A stretch of DNA of 41,683 nucleotides from a virus (lineage: Duplodnaviria; Caudoviricetes), in the IMG/VR virus record IMGVR_UViG_3300048597_000189, positions 1 through 41,683 of that record. The stretch is one strand, 5' to 3'. Below are positions 6,306 through 16,390 of the stretch, in pieces. The translations under genes and the position numbers were made by a program. How positions within the stretch are numbered: position 1 is the stretch's first letter; each line of letters starts with the position of its first letter. Under the pieces are notes generated by a model. That model saw nothing but the letters and a program-made list of their open reading frames with translations. It was not told the DNA's origin and made no database searches.

Positions 6306-6916
6306 CACGGGCCTCCCGAATAGTCGAAGGCGACGAGGGTGTGGGCGGGCGCACGCCGCCTGATGTCGCATTCGATGTCTGACAGTGTGAAATCGTAGAG
6401 AAGGTCGCCGGCCTGCGCCTCGCCGGCGATGGCGAAATATTCCTCGACCGGAGCCGGAACATGCACCGTCCAGGCGAACTGCTCGGGCGACATAACCAGC
6501 TCGTCGCCGGCCACCGCCCCATCTGTTCCAAACGCCACGGACGCCACCTGCTCGGTGATGGTGATGGCCACTCCGCGCCTCGCGGCGAGCGTGATGAAAT
6601 AGTTGATCGACGCGCCGCCGCGCGCAGTCCAGCGCTGATGGGCGGACATGCGCCGCGCCTCCAAAGTCAACGCGCTGCCATCCGGACGGCAGGGATCAGG
6701 CCCAAGCACACGCTCGTAATCGGGCAGGCAATGGAGCGCGGTGCGCGGGTCGAACTCGTCGAGCAGCTGCGCGACCATGGCCTCGAGCTGCGCCACGCCC
6801 TGCGCGAACCCGCCGAGGATCGCGGCATAGACGCCATCATCCTCGGGCATCAGCCAGCCGGGCGGATCGATGGCGAGCGCCTCGGCGAGGATCGCGTCGC
6901 GGTCGCGGGCGATCAT
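6305..6916 (-). CDS. Baseplate wedge protein (Mu gp48/YmfQ, DUF2313)
   Basis: EFDPRTALHCLPDYERVLGPD, GGASINYFITLA, C-terminal ECDIRRRAPAHT. Confidence 0.88.
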   Translation of the reverse strand: MIARDRDAILAEALAIDPPGWLMPEDDGVYAAILGGFAQGVAQLEAMVAQLLDEFDPRTALHCLPDYERVLGPDPCRPDGSALTLEARRMSAHQRWTARGGASINYFITLAARRGVAITITEQVASVAFGTDGAVAGDELVMSPEQFAWTVHVPAPVEEYFAIAGEAQAGDLLYDFTLSDIECDIRRRAPAHTLVAFDYSGGP

Positions 6917-6926
6917 GCGAACCTCC

Positions 6927-8051
6927 TCATGGCAGCACGTCCCAGGCGAGCGCGCCTGGCACCGGAAGCTGCGTCGCCCCGGCGATGATGTCGGCTGCGG
7001 GCACAGTCACCTGGTGGCGATATTCCCCAGCCGCCGAGGAGATCGCCTCCGAGAGCCGTGACAGGGCAATGCGACCGCCGATCTCCGCATCGCGGGCATA
7101 GAAGGCGCCCCACGCCGCCTCGACGGCGGCGCGGATCTGCAGCGTGTCGGGCGCGATGGCGACGGTGAGGTTGTTGGCGAGCAGGCTCGCGGCAACGACG
7201 GTGACCTCCGCCGTCACCGGCTTGAGACCGGTGGTCGAGTTCATCACCCCCAGATGCGCCTGCATGGCCGCGAGCTCGGCCAAGGTCGGCGCGCGCGGCG
7301 CGGCCGCGGTGCCCATGGCGACCACCACGCCGACAGAGCCGAGACCTGTCCAGTTGGGGATGGTCTTGACCTTGGCGACCGCGAAGGCGTTGCCGATCCA
7401 TTTGGGATAATCGAAGCCCGCTCCGCCATGGCCCGGCTCCCGGATGACGGCGAGCAGCCTCCCGAGCATCGCGTCAGGGCTCTCGACATCGGCGCCGCCG
7501 GCCATGCCGCCGGCGTCAAGCGTCACGCTCTGCGGATCGAGGCTGGCGAAGGGCGTCACCAACGGCAGCGCGAGCCCGCCCGCGGCGTTGCCGTCGATCC
7601 CGGCCTCGACCGCCCTGAGGCTGACATTGACCGTTCCGCCAGCGCCGATCACCTCGCCGCCCGGCCAGACTTCCGCGAGAGCGCCGGAGGGGAGCCTGGC
7701 TTGCAGATTGGCGGGAATGGGGGTGCCGGGCACCCCGGCAACGGAAGCGATGCCCACCGCGCGCGTCGCAGGCCGGAGCCTCACGCCCCAGACCTCGCCA
7801 TGACGGATGAGATATTCCGGCTCCGCCGTGTCGGGCAGGAGCTGGTCGGCCACCCAGCGCAGATGCATATGAGCGCCGAACAGGATCTGCGCTTGCGTCC
7901 TGGCGACCATGGCCAGCATGCCGCGCGGGCTGCGCACGGCCCGAGCGATCGCCGCAGGCGGCAGGTCGGGGCGGATGCGCTGGATCTCGCTTTCGAGCGC
8001 CGCCTCCTGCTGGCGCGTCAGCTCGGTGGGCGTGGGCAGGGGAAAGGTCAT
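6927..8051 (-). CDS. Baseplate J-like protein (Mu gp47)
   Basis: QLLPDTAEPEYLIRHG, GGADVES, PGHGGAGFDY; position in the tail operon. Confidence 0.92.
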   Translation of the reverse strand: MTFPLPTPTELTRQQEAALESEIQRIRPDLPPAAIARAVRSPRGMLAMVARTQAQILFGAHMHLRWVADQLLPDTAEPEYLIRHGEVWGVRLRPATRAVGIASVAGVPGTPIPANLQARLPSGALAEVWPGGEVIGAGGTVNVSLRAVEAGIDGNAAGGLALPLVTPFASLDPQSVTLDAGGMAGGADVESPDAMLGRLLAVIREPGHGGAGFDYPKWIGNAFAVAKVKTIPNWTGLGSVGVVVAMGTAAAPRAPTLAELAAMQAHLGVMNSTTGLKPVTAEVTVVAASLLANNLTVAIAPDTLQIRAAVEAAWGAFYARDAEIGGRIALSRLSEAISSAAGEYRHQVTVPAADIIAGATQLPVPGALAWDVLP

Positions 8052-8539
8052 GCCGCACCTGTCGGGAGAGCGAGCGACACGTCGCCGTCCGCCACCTTGC
8101 AGCGGAGCGCGAGCACGCCGCGCCTCAGCCAGGCGGCGTCGACCTCCGCCGGAATGCCGGTCTCGTCCTCGACCCAGTCCAGCGCCTCGCCGGCCCATGC
8201 CCTGACAAGAGCCAGGGTGAGATCGTTCTCCTTGGCCCGGTCGAGCAGCCAGAGGCGCGAGCCGGTGCGCTCGCCATTTGCGTCGACGCCATCCTGCGTT
8301 GCGCCGCGCCGCGCCATCAGATTGTCGATCTCGGCGCTGCCGGTTGAACGGGCGTTCAACGCCGCGTCGCGCCCGGCCGGCAGCTCATCATCAGAAAGCG
8401 CACGCCGGTCGGCCCCGAGCGAGAGCAGCATCGGCGTCACCGGCGTCTCGTCGATGACAAGGTCGCCATCCGCGCCGATGGCGAGGTCGGTTCTCCGGGT
8501 CACCGGATCATAGACGAGGGCGAGGTCGAAGAAGGCCAT
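8048..8539 (-). CDS. Baseplate protein gp46
   Basis: LSLGADRRA, GSRLWLLDRAK, EALDWV. Confidence 0.9.
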   Translation of the reverse strand: MAFFDLALVYDPVTRRTDLAIGADGDLVIDETPVTPMLLSLGADRRALSDDELPAGRDAALNARSTGSAEIDNLMARRGATQDGVDANGERTGSRLWLLDRAKENDLTLALVRAWAGEALDWVEDETGIPAEVDAAWLRRGVLALRCKVADGDVSLALPTGAA

Positions 8540-8548
8540 GATGGCGCC

Positions 8549-8594
8549 ATTGTCGCCGCGCGCGCGCGGACCGCGCCACGCCCCGCGCGCGGGG
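8549..8594 (-). promoter_or_regulatory. Putative late promoter (baseplate/fibre operon)
   Basis: CCCCGCGCGCGGGGCGTG + 22 nt + GACAAT; motif shared with two other late-operon starts. Confidence 0.6.
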
Positions 8595-8624
8595 GATCAA
8601 GGGCCGGCGTCAATGGGTCGGGGT

Positions 8625-9194
8625 TCAGGTGCCGGGCTCGGGTTCGGGCGCAACCACGGGCACGACGGAGCAGATCACGCCGGTGTCGTCGACGGCGAGG
8701 AAATGCCCACCCTTCTTCATCTTCACATAGGCCGGCCTTGCGACGAAACGCGGCGCGGCCGCGCCCTCGCCGATACGGGAGATGACGCGGTCTTCCGTCA
8801 CCTTGACGCTGACGGTGCGCACCTTGACCGTGACCGCCTTGTCGCTGGTGACCTCGATCGTGCCATCGGCGCGGACGATTACCCGGTCGCCCTTGGCGCC
8901 GAACATCGCCGCCTCGCCCTCGGCGAGGTCTCCCATGCGATAGGCCGGCGCGCCCATGGGCAGGCCGATCAGGTCGCCGTGATCGCCGCCCACCGCGAAG
9001 ACCAGCATCGTGCCGGCCCCGCCCGGCGGGCGCGAGGCGAAGCCAAACTGGCTCGCCACCTCCACATCGGAACGCTCGACATGGCGATGCGTCTCGATGG
9101 TCGCGGTCTGCGATCCGCCATCGTCGCGCGTCGATTTGACCACGGCGCGGTTGACGAGGATGCGCAGCTGCTGGGCTAGTTCGGAAAGGTCCAT
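8625..9194 (-). CDS. Baseplate spike/assembly protein (Mu gp45)
   Basis: DVEVASQFGFASRPPGG, VFAVGGD, LAEGEAAMF. Confidence 0.9.
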   Translation of the reverse strand: MDLSELAQQLRILVNRAVVKSTRDDGGSQTATIETHRHVERSDVEVASQFGFASRPPGGAGTMLVFAVGGDHGDLIGLPMGAPAYRMGDLAEGEAAMFGAKGDRVIVRADGTIEVTSDKAVTVKVRTVSVKVTEDRVISRIGEGAAAPRFVARPAYVKMKKGGHFLAVDDTGVICSVVPVVAPEPEPGT

Positions 9195-9218
9195 GCGAGC
9201 CTCCTCATTCCAGCGATG

Positions 9219-10460
9219 TCATTCCAGGGGCCTGGCTTCGCTGTCGAGGCCAGCCTCGTGCGTCAGGCCGCCTTCGCTCTCCTCGCCGCGCGACGAACGC
9301 CGCTCGCCCTCGGGCAGGAGGTCATAGGCTTCGGGGCCGGTGAGCTTCAGCCGCGTGCGCACGCCTTCCGCGCCATAGGAATAGGTGACGCCGGCCACCA
9401 GCATGTCGCGTGCGATGCGGGCCCAGCGGTCGGAGACGTCGGCGAGCTCGTTGGGCCGCCAGAGCCGGCCGCCGGAGCGGTAATCCTCCACCATGTGGTT
9501 GAGGGTCTCGCCCTTGCCGCGCCGGGTGCGCTTGTGCCATTCGGCCTGCGTCTGCGCATCCACCCCGTTCGCCTGCGTCCGCGCCGCGGCGACGAAGGGC
9601 CGCCAGCGGGTGATCTCCTCGTCGCGCGCATGGCCCATGACGAGCGCGCCGCCGCCTTCCGAAGGCTGGCCGTCGACCGGCTCCGGCGCGGGAGCCTGCG
9701 CCGCGCGCGGCGCGTCATTGGCGGAAAGGCCTGGTCGCGCGCCCCGCCGCCCGCCATTCTTCTCGGCCTGCGCCTTGATGAAATAATCCGAGAAGCGCTC
9801 GCGCATGGAGAGCCGAGCCCCCTGCCGGAAGGCGAGGCCCGGGAAATGCGGCGCGCCCGGCGCGCGCCTCGTGCCGGAACGGGTGAGCAACAATCCGCCG
9901 ACGCCATCCGAGAGCACGAGAAGCGCCCTTTGCCTGGCGTATTTCTCGATGGCGGACATCACCTTTTCGCCGGTCTCGATCACGGCCCGCTTGATCGGCG
10001 CGCCGGTGTCCACCTCCGCCGTGACGCTGATGCCGAAGGGCTTGCACAGAGCGGCGGCGAATTCCTCCAGCTTCACGTCGCGCCACTCATGCCGGCCCTT
10101 CGGGTCATGATGGCAATCGACGAGGTCGCCCGTCAGGTCGCGGCCTGCGACCGCCAGCGAGAACCTCCCCTCGGAGGCGTCGGTGATGACATCATCCACC
10201 CAGCCCTTGAGCACCGGCTCGCCATCGATGGAGAGCAGCGCCGCCGCGCCCCAGTTGATCGGCTTTCCCTCAATCATTCGCGTCGCCCAGGGCAGCGCGG
10301 AGAGATCGCGCCAGCCATCCTGCAATTCGAGCTGGAAGGAACCGGAGATCTCGGAAAGGTCGCGGATGATCTCGGCGCGCGTCCAGCGGTCGAATGTCAC
10401 GCCGTCCAGCGTCAGCGCGATGCGGCGGATGGGCTCTCCCGCCTGGCCGGGCCAGATCAT
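9219..10460 (-). CDS. Baseplate hub/tail protein P (Mu gp44)
   Basis: FDRWTRAEI..ISGSF, GRDLTGDLVDC, RERFSDY, LWRPN; ATGA overlap at 10457-10460. Confidence 0.92.
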   Translation of the reverse strand: MIWPGQAGEPIRRIALTLDGVTFDRWTRAEIIRDLSEISGSFQLELQDGWRDLSALPWATRMIEGKPINWGAAALLSIDGEPVLKGWVDDVITDASEGRFSLAVAGRDLTGDLVDCHHDPKGRHEWRDVKLEEFAAALCKPFGISVTAEVDTGAPIKRAVIETGEKVMSAIEKYARQRALLVLSDGVGGLLLTRSGTRRAPGAPHFPGLAFRQGARLSMRERFSDYFIKAQAEKNGGRRGARPGLSANDAPRAAQAPAPEPVDGQPSEGGGALVMGHARDEEITRWRPFVAAARTQANGVDAQTQAEWHKRTRRGKGETLNHMVEDYRSGGRLWRPNELADVSDRWARIARDMLVAGVTYSYGAEGVRTRLKLTGPEAYDLLPEGERRSSRGEESEGGLTHEAGLDSEARPLE

Positions 10461-11743
10461 GGCAGCACCTCGATGCGCCCGCCCGGCAGACGCCCCGGAT
10501 GGCGCAGCCTGTTGCGGCGCATGATGTCGGCATAGACGCCCGTGAGCCGCTGCGGATTGTCGCCGGCGACGGACTGCGCGATGAGCCAGGCGCTGAGGCC
10601 CGGCCCCGTCTCGATCGAGATGACGGAGGGGAGCCGCCCCACGGCCTCGTTGATGTCCCGCGCCAGCGCCGCGCGCGTCGCGGCGACGCGTCGCCATGGC
10701 AGGGCGGCCTGCCCCGGCGCGGCGGCGGCATGGGCGGCGATGCGCGCCCCATGCGCGGCGAGTGCATCATCGACGCGGGCGCGCCAAGCCTGCGCATCCT
10801 GCCGGCTCTCGAAGGGGATGGCGCTGGCGAGTTCGACGAGCGCGGACATCGCCATCATCTCGGCGGCGAGCGGAATGGCGGCGGCCGCAGGCGCAGGCGC
10901 AAGCGCGGCGAGGCGCCCGGCAAGGCCGATCATGGCGAGCGCGCCGGCCCGTGGGTCTCGGGGAGCCGGGCGCGAATACCCGGATTGATTGGCCGGGCCA
11001 ATGGAGGGTTCGGGCAGCGGCATAGACGCCTTGCGGATGGCAAGCACCGAAAGCTCGATGGCGGAGGCCAGATGCGCAGGCGCAGCGTCAGGGCCGGCGA
11101 GATCGGCGCGGGTCAGGGCGTCGAAGGCAAGCCCGATGTCGCGGGCGGCAGCCGCCGCATGTCGGCCCTCCGAGACGAAGCCGGCGGCGATCTCCACCAC
11201 GGCGCCCGCCGTCGCGCGGATCTCCGCCACCAGCCCGAGCGCCCCCATCGGCAAGGCAAGCACGTCAAGCGCGAGGGCGCGCGCCGCGGCCAGCAGATCT
11301 CCGGCCGCGCCGAGAAGCCCGGCGAGCGAGGAGATAAGGCCTATGGGGCCGCGCGGGCGCATCTCGGGGTCGAACTCGGCCTCGATCCTTGCGACCATCA
11401 GCTCGTCGGAGGCGAAAGATATGCGGGCTGGCCGAAGCAGCACGCAGCGGATCTGCCCGCGCCAGGGATGCAGCAATGTGCCTGCGCCTGCTCGCGCGAA
11501 GGCGGCCTCGAGCCTGCGCGCCTGCGCGACATAATCCGGCCCGATGACGAGACCCGAAACGGGGATCGGCCCATCGAGCCGGCCAAGGTCCTGATGCGTA
11601 TTGAGGTCCAGCCCCGGATAGAGCGTGGTGATGATGCGCCGGCCAACCGAGTGTTCGGCATCGATCATATGGAAGGGCACGCCGCGCCAGGCGGCGGGCA
11701 TCAGGCCGGGCAGCAGGCTGGCGGGATCGTCGAAAAGGCCCAT
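10457..11743 (-). CDS. DNA circularization protein N (Mu gp43)
   Basis: AAWRGVPF, GRR....YPG, DLGR, GAGTLLHPWRG, RNRLRHPG. Confidence 0.92.
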   Translation of the reverse strand: MGLFDDPASLLPGLMPAAWRGVPFHMIDAEHSVGRRIITTLYPGLDLNTHQDLGRLDGPIPVSGLVIGPDYVAQARRLEAAFARAGAGTLLHPWRGQIRCVLLRPARISFASDELMVARIEAEFDPEMRPRGPIGLISSLAGLLGAAGDLLAAARALALDVLALPMGALGLVAEIRATAGAVVEIAAGFVSEGRHAAAAARDIGLAFDALTRADLAGPDAAPAHLASAIELSVLAIRKASMPLPEPSIGPANQSGYSRPAPRDPRAGALAMIGLAGRLAALAPAPAAAAIPLAAEMMAMSALVELASAIPFESRQDAQAWRARVDDALAAHGARIAAHAAAAPGQAALPWRRVAATRAALARDINEAVGRLPSVISIETGPGLSAWLIAQSVAGDNPQRLTGVYADIMRRNRLRHPGRLPGGRIEVLP

Positions 11744-13890
11744 CAGGCGCGCCCCAGCATGGCGCCGCGATTGGGCTCAAGCGGCACGGCGGCGTTGGTG
11801 CTCTCGACATTGACGATGCGCGACCCTTCCGTGGCCGCGACCGTGATGCGCCCGCCGACCTCCGCCTTCTGCACCCCGCCGGAGGGCGGCAGTGGCTTGG
11901 AGGGCAGCGAGGTCGGGTTGAAGCCTTCCATGGTGGATGCGGGCGGAGCGCCGCCCTCGCCACCCTTCGGTGCGCCGCCGCCGCCACCAAGCCATGACGG
12001 CATTGAGGGCCATTTGATGATGCCCGACAGGTCGATATCGCCAATGGCGGCGACGATGCGGGACGGGATTGTCTGCACCCAGGCGATGAACTCGGCAAAC
12101 TTGCTCTGAATTCCATCCCACAGTGACTGGATGACGCGGCTGCCGGCCGCCTGCACGACCGCCAGATTATTGACCACTGCTTGCGCGATCTCCCCAACAA
12201 TCTGCGCCATCACAGTCGCAGAGTTCACTGCGAAAGTGCCTAGGCCAATGATGAACTGGCCTATGAGCTCCGAACCGAGCCGTAGCCACTCCGGACCGCG
12301 CGCGATGATGAGAGCGACAAGATTGGAGATGCCGGCTTCGAGCCAGGCACCAAACGCTTTCAACGCATCGCCCGATTTGATGGACTCCCAGGCTGCGCTG
12401 AATGCAGCCGACAGGGATGCCCAAGCCTGTTGGAGAGCCGGCAGAACGGTGGACCAGTTCTGCCAGACCCAGTACGCGGCATAGGCTAGCGCCGCGAGGC
12501 CGGCGAGGATCAACGTGATCGGCGAGAAGATCAGGCCCATCATCGCCCCAAGTGCCCCGAAGACCGGTGTCAGGATCGCCAGCGCCGCGCCGAAAGCCAG
12601 AATGGCACCGGTGATCGTCAGGACGTTGTTGATCAGATTGGGGTAGGAGGCGTCGGTTTGTTTCACCCACTGCAGCAGTTCCGTCAGGCCCTTGTTGGCC
12701 ATGGGCAGGTTCTCGGCGAAGGCCAGCCCGACGCGTCGGCCGACCTGTTTCGAGACCTCGCCAAAGAAAAGCATCTGCTGACTGAGGCCCCGCATGCGGC
12801 TGTCGAAGTCCTTGGCGATGACATCGACACCGGCGCTCGCGATCTCCTCCTTGAAGCGCTTGAACTGGTCCTTGTTGAGGAGCATCGGGATCAGGAAATC
12901 GAGCACCTGCATGTCCTGGAAGATGCGGCCGATCTTGGTGCCGCTGATCAGCTGCTCGATGCGTCGGCGAACCTCGCCCTCGGCCTCGGAGCCCTTCAGC
13001 CCTTTGTGGCCGGTCTCCTTCATGATCTTGTCGATCTCTTTCTGTGGCACCTTGAGCTTCTCGCTCATCTTCTGGACCACGGCCTCGACAGGGTTGATGC
13101 CCTTGGCGGTGGCGTTCGCCATCAGCTTGACGACATCGACGCCGAGCTCGTCCTTGAAGTTCTTGATCGCCTCGGGCGCGGCGACTTTGGTCAGGAAGTT
13201 CTTCAGGTTGTTGGCGGCCTTGTCGGGGCTGTCCGTGCCGAGCATCGCCGTCTGCAGCGCGGCTCCGAGGAAGTTCACCGCCTCCATGCCGGTAACGCCA
13301 AGCTTCGCCATCTGGTTTGTGAGTTCGGGAAACTCGCCGGCCATGTTCTTGAACTCAAAACGGCCAAGCTTGCCGGCTGTGACGAGCCGGGCCATGGCCA
13401 GCTCCATCTGCTCGGGCGCAATCTTCAGCGTGTTGGCCAGCGCGAAGGCGGTCTTTGCGGTGTCCTCGATTGTAGCGTTTGCCGCGGTGGCGACGCGTCC
13501 GATCGTGGGCATGATCTGCTGGATCATAGGCTCGGCCATGCCGGCGGCGATCAGCACCTGCGCCCCCTTGGCGAGGTTTTCAGAGGTCTGGCCGACCTTG
13601 AGGGCTAGTGCCTCATAGCTCCTCGCGGTCGTCGCAATGAAGCTTTCGACCTCCTTGCCGGATCGGCCGGAGGTGATCGCGATGTCCCTCAGCTGCGCGT
13701 CGAAGGCGGCGGCCGTCTGCATCGGCCCAAGGAACGACACAGCGGCCAGGGCCCCGCCGATGACGCCTATCTGCCGGCCGACATTGGCGAGGCGGCTGCC
13801 CATCGCCTGGAACTGCCCGACCAGCCCCCGCATTGGCGCGGTGAGCCTGTCGACGAGACCGACGACGACCGAGACCTTCATGTCCGCCAT
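11743..13890 (-). CDS. Tail tape measure protein
   Basis: 715 aa, Ala-rich helical; GKLGRFEFKNMA, AANNLKNFL, hydrophobic segments; position. Confidence 0.92.
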   Translation of the reverse strand: MADMKVSVVVGLVDRLTAPMRGLVGQFQAMGSRLANVGRQIGVIGGALAAVSFLGPMQTAAAFDAQLRDIAITSGRSGKEVESFIATTARSYEALALKVGQTSENLAKGAQVLIAAGMAEPMIQQIMPTIGRVATAANATIEDTAKTAFALANTLKIAPEQMELAMARLVTAGKLGRFEFKNMAGEFPELTNQMAKLGVTGMEAVNFLGAALQTAMLGTDSPDKAANNLKNFLTKVAAPEAIKNFKDELGVDVVKLMANATAKGINPVEAVVQKMSEKLKVPQKEIDKIMKETGHKGLKGSEAEGEVRRRIEQLISGTKIGRIFQDMQVLDFLIPMLLNKDQFKRFKEEIASAGVDVIAKDFDSRMRGLSQQMLFFGEVSKQVGRRVGLAFAENLPMANKGLTELLQWVKQTDASYPNLINNVLTITGAILAFGAALAILTPVFGALGAMMGLIFSPITLILAGLAALAYAAYWVWQNWSTVLPALQQAWASLSAAFSAAWESIKSGDALKAFGAWLEAGISNLVALIIARGPEWLRLGSELIGQFIIGLGTFAVNSATVMAQIVGEIAQAVVNNLAVVQAAGSRVIQSLWDGIQSKFAEFIAWVQTIPSRIVAAIGDIDLSGIIKWPSMPSWLGGGGGAPKGGEGGAPPASTMEGFNPTSLPSKPLPPSGGVQKAEVGGRITVAATEGSRIVNVESTNAAVPLEPNRGAMLGRA

Positions 13891-13921
13891 GATGCCGCCT
13901 CCTCAGCCGCAGCCCTTTGGG

Positions 13922-14084
13922 TCACCCCTCCTTTTCGCGCTCGGCGACTTGGTTTGCCGCCCAGTGCCAGAATGACAATTCCCGGAGCGTCAGCCGCTCG
14001 ACTTCCGTGAAGCCGCCGCCATACCAGCGCGCGACGCTCGCCATGATCGCCGGCCAGTCCGGCGGCCACTCACTCTGAAAGAAA
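13922..14084 (-). CDS. Frameshift extension of the tail assembly chaperone (gpGT/GpE'-like)
   Basis: WPPDWPAIMASVARWYGGGFTEVERLTLRELSFWHWAA in the +1/-2 frame after TTTCTTTC. Confidence 0.65.
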
Positions 14085-14495
14085 CGAGATGCACGCCGAC
14101 GCCGCGTTGATGTCGCGCGTCCCCATCTTGTCGAACAGCGCCGTCATCACCGCCATGCTGATGCCGGTGGCGCGGGCGAAGCCGACGATGGGCTGGCGCT
14201 CCGGCGAGGCCTGCATGACCATGCGCATGTCGGCGCCATTGAGCTCGCGGAAGACGAGATCGGAATAGACCTCCTCGCGCGTCTTGCCGTTGGAGCCCTT
14301 GATGGTGAGCGGCACCGGCTTGAGGAGCGGGAGCCTGACGGAACCGTCGGCGAGCAGCTGCGCCCGCTCCGGCAGGGTCTTCTTGCCCTCCGGCCTGTCC
14401 TCGATGATGACGGCTTCGGACGCCGCCTCAGGGGCCGCGCCCTGCTCGTCTTGCGTCAGGTCGACCTCGACCTTGCCTGTTTCGATCCGGCCCAT
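14070..14495 (-). CDS. Tail assembly chaperone (Mu gp41)
   Basis: LPLLKPV, LVFRELNGADM, FDKMGTRD; lies between the tube and tape-measure genes. Confidence 0.85.
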   Translation of the reverse strand: MGRIETGKVEVDLTQDEQGAAPEAASEAVIIEDRPEGKKTLPERAQLLADGSVRLPLLKPVPLTIKGSNGKTREEVYSDLVFRELNGADMRMVMQASPERQPIVGFARATGISMAVMTALFDKMGTRDINAASACISFLSE

Positions 14496-14854
14496 TACGC
14501 GATCTCCTCATAGCTGCCAGCCGACCATTTCAGCGACACCTTGCCGCCCTCGCCGCCGGTGATCTCGCGCTGGTCCGTCAGGAATGCGCCGGGGAAGACG
14601 AAGGTCTGGCCGGTGTCGCAGGCGACCTGCAGCTCCCCCTCGTCGACGCCGTAAAGCTCGGAGAACTTCTGGCCGCGCTCGAGCACGGTCGTGGCCTCGA
14701 TCTCCGAGGCCATGAACTCCTGCGCGCGTCCGACCTGGCGGCCATAGACCACCGCCTTGTTGGCGATGCCGCCCAGTTTCAGCTTCGCGCCCTTCTCGAC
14801 CGGGATGTTGCGGCCGCGCCAGACGATGTCGACAATTCCCAGAACCTGCGCCAT
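14495..14854 (-). CDS. Tail tube protein (Mu gpM)
   Basis: 119 aa after the sheath; GAKLKLGG, ACDTGQTF. Confidence 0.88.
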   Translation of the reverse strand: MAQVLGIVDIVWRGRNIPVEKGAKLKLGGIANKAVVYGRQVGRAQEFMASEIEATTVLERGQKFSELYGVDEGELQVACDTGQTFVFPGAFLTDQREITGGEGGKVSLKWSAGSYEEIA

Positions 14855-14900
14855 CGCGCCTCTCCTTCAACCGTTGCTTCAATCGGCCTTGAACCGGCCG

Positions 14901-16382
14901 TCAGGCCTCGAACTGCAGCCCGGCCGCGAGCACCATCATGTTGCCGATGATGCGCAGCGGCTGGCGGGCGTTGAGCCGGTTGCGGTCATTGGCGTCGATC
15001 ACGAAGACGCTCCGCGCGACCGTCTCCTTCGCCCCCTCGATCCAGCCCAGCCGCTCATAGAGATTGCAGCGCGCCGCCCAGGAGCCCTGCGCACGCTTGG
15101 GCGTCACCACCACATCGCTGGTCTGCGCCGCGATGGCGTCGTCCTGCGCCAGCTTGTGGCGCGGATACATGAGCGTGAAGTAGGAGGCCCAGTCGTAGCG
15201 GATGCGCGTCATGGTCTTCGGCACCATGATGTCGAGCCATGCGTCGTCCGCGACGCCAAGGCTGGAGGTCTTGTAGGTGGTGATCACCCGGTCCAGCACG
15301 ACCGTGCCGTCCTCGAGCGCGGTCCAGGTCGAGATGCCCTGGCGCAAGAGTAGATCGCGCTCGGTCAGCGTGAACTGGTCCTTGGGGTCGGGCGCGATCA
15401 CGCCGGGCAGCACGAGGCTGCGCAGCTGGCGTGCCGGATCATTGGTGAGATGGAACATCGCGACGCCCGCGAGGCTGGCGGCCCAGTCCCATGGCGGGGT
15501 CATCGACGCCTTGGCGCCGATCGGCGTCAGGAAGGGCGAGTTGGTCAGTGCGCCCTTGGTGCCGAGCTGGCCATAGGTTCCGCGATGGCCGACGAAGCCA
15601 TGGACGTCGCGGTTGCCCATCGCCTTGTAGCGCTCGGTCATGTCCGCGACCAGCTTGGCGAGGTTCGCCGCGTCATCCCAAGGGGTGACGATGTCGGTGA
15701 ACCACTCATTGACGATGGCGTCGAGCGCGCCCTGGATGTCCGGATTGCCGACGCCGCCCGACATCGTGGTGACCGCGACGGTGAGGCCTGCGGGAGCCGC
15801 TTCCTCGACAAAACGCCCGACGCGCAGGTCGATAGCGTTGCCGCATTCGCCCTTGTGCCTGGCGGTGAGGATAACCTCGTTCTCGGCCGCGCCGGCGCCC
15901 TGGCTGGCCACCACCTCCATATCGGAGATGGCGTTGATCGCCGCGACGGCAGCGGCCGCGCGGGCCGGGTTGGTCTGCGCCGAGCTGGTCGCGAAGCGGG
16001 CGCGGATGCCCCCGACATAGAGCGAGACCATGCCATCGCCGGAGCCGGTGAAGACGAATTTGCCCGTCGCCTGCACGCCGCCGCCAAGATCGGCGAGCGC
16101 GACGGCATAGACGCGGTTGGTGCGGTTGGCCTTGCGGAACGAGGCGACCATGCGCGCGCCGATGGAGCCTGCGCCGAACAGCGCCACGCCCTCGGCCGCG
16201 CGGGTGATCTCGTAGAGCCGCCCGGTGATGGCTGTGCCGGCGGCGAGCTTCTGCACGAACAGGATGCCGCGCGCCATGAAGGGCACCGCGCCGCGGCGGC
16301 TGTAATCCGGCTTGATCTCGAGATAGGCGCCGGGAGCGCGCCAGTCATAGGGAATTTCGTCGAAGGAAATGACCTGGTCCAT
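14901..16382 (-). CDS. Tail sheath protein (Mu gpL)
   Basis: ISFDEIPYDWRAPGAYLE, FGAGS, DPARQLRSL, ITTYKT, DANDRNRLN. Confidence 0.95.
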   Translation of the reverse strand: MDQVISFDEIPYDWRAPGAYLEIKPDYSRRGAVPFMARGILFVQKLAAGTAITGRLYEITRAAEGVALFGAGSIGARMVASFRKANRTNRVYAVALADLGGGVQATGKFVFTGSGDGMVSLYVGGIRARFATSSAQTNPARAAAAVAAINAISDMEVVASQGAGAAENEVILTARHKGECGNAIDLRVGRFVEEAAPAGLTVAVTTMSGGVGNPDIQGALDAIVNEWFTDIVTPWDDAANLAKLVADMTERYKAMGNRDVHGFVGHRGTYGQLGTKGALTNSPFLTPIGAKASMTPPWDWAASLAGVAMFHLTNDPARQLRSLVLPGVIAPDPKDQFTLTERDLLLRQGISTWTALEDGTVVLDRVITTYKTSSLGVADDAWLDIMVPKTMTRIRYDWASYFTLMYPRHKLAQDDAIAAQTSDVVVTPKRAQGSWAARCNLYERLGWIEGAKETVARSVFVIDANDRNRLNARQPLRIIGNMMVLAAGLQFEA

Positions 16383-16390
16383 GATTGGCC

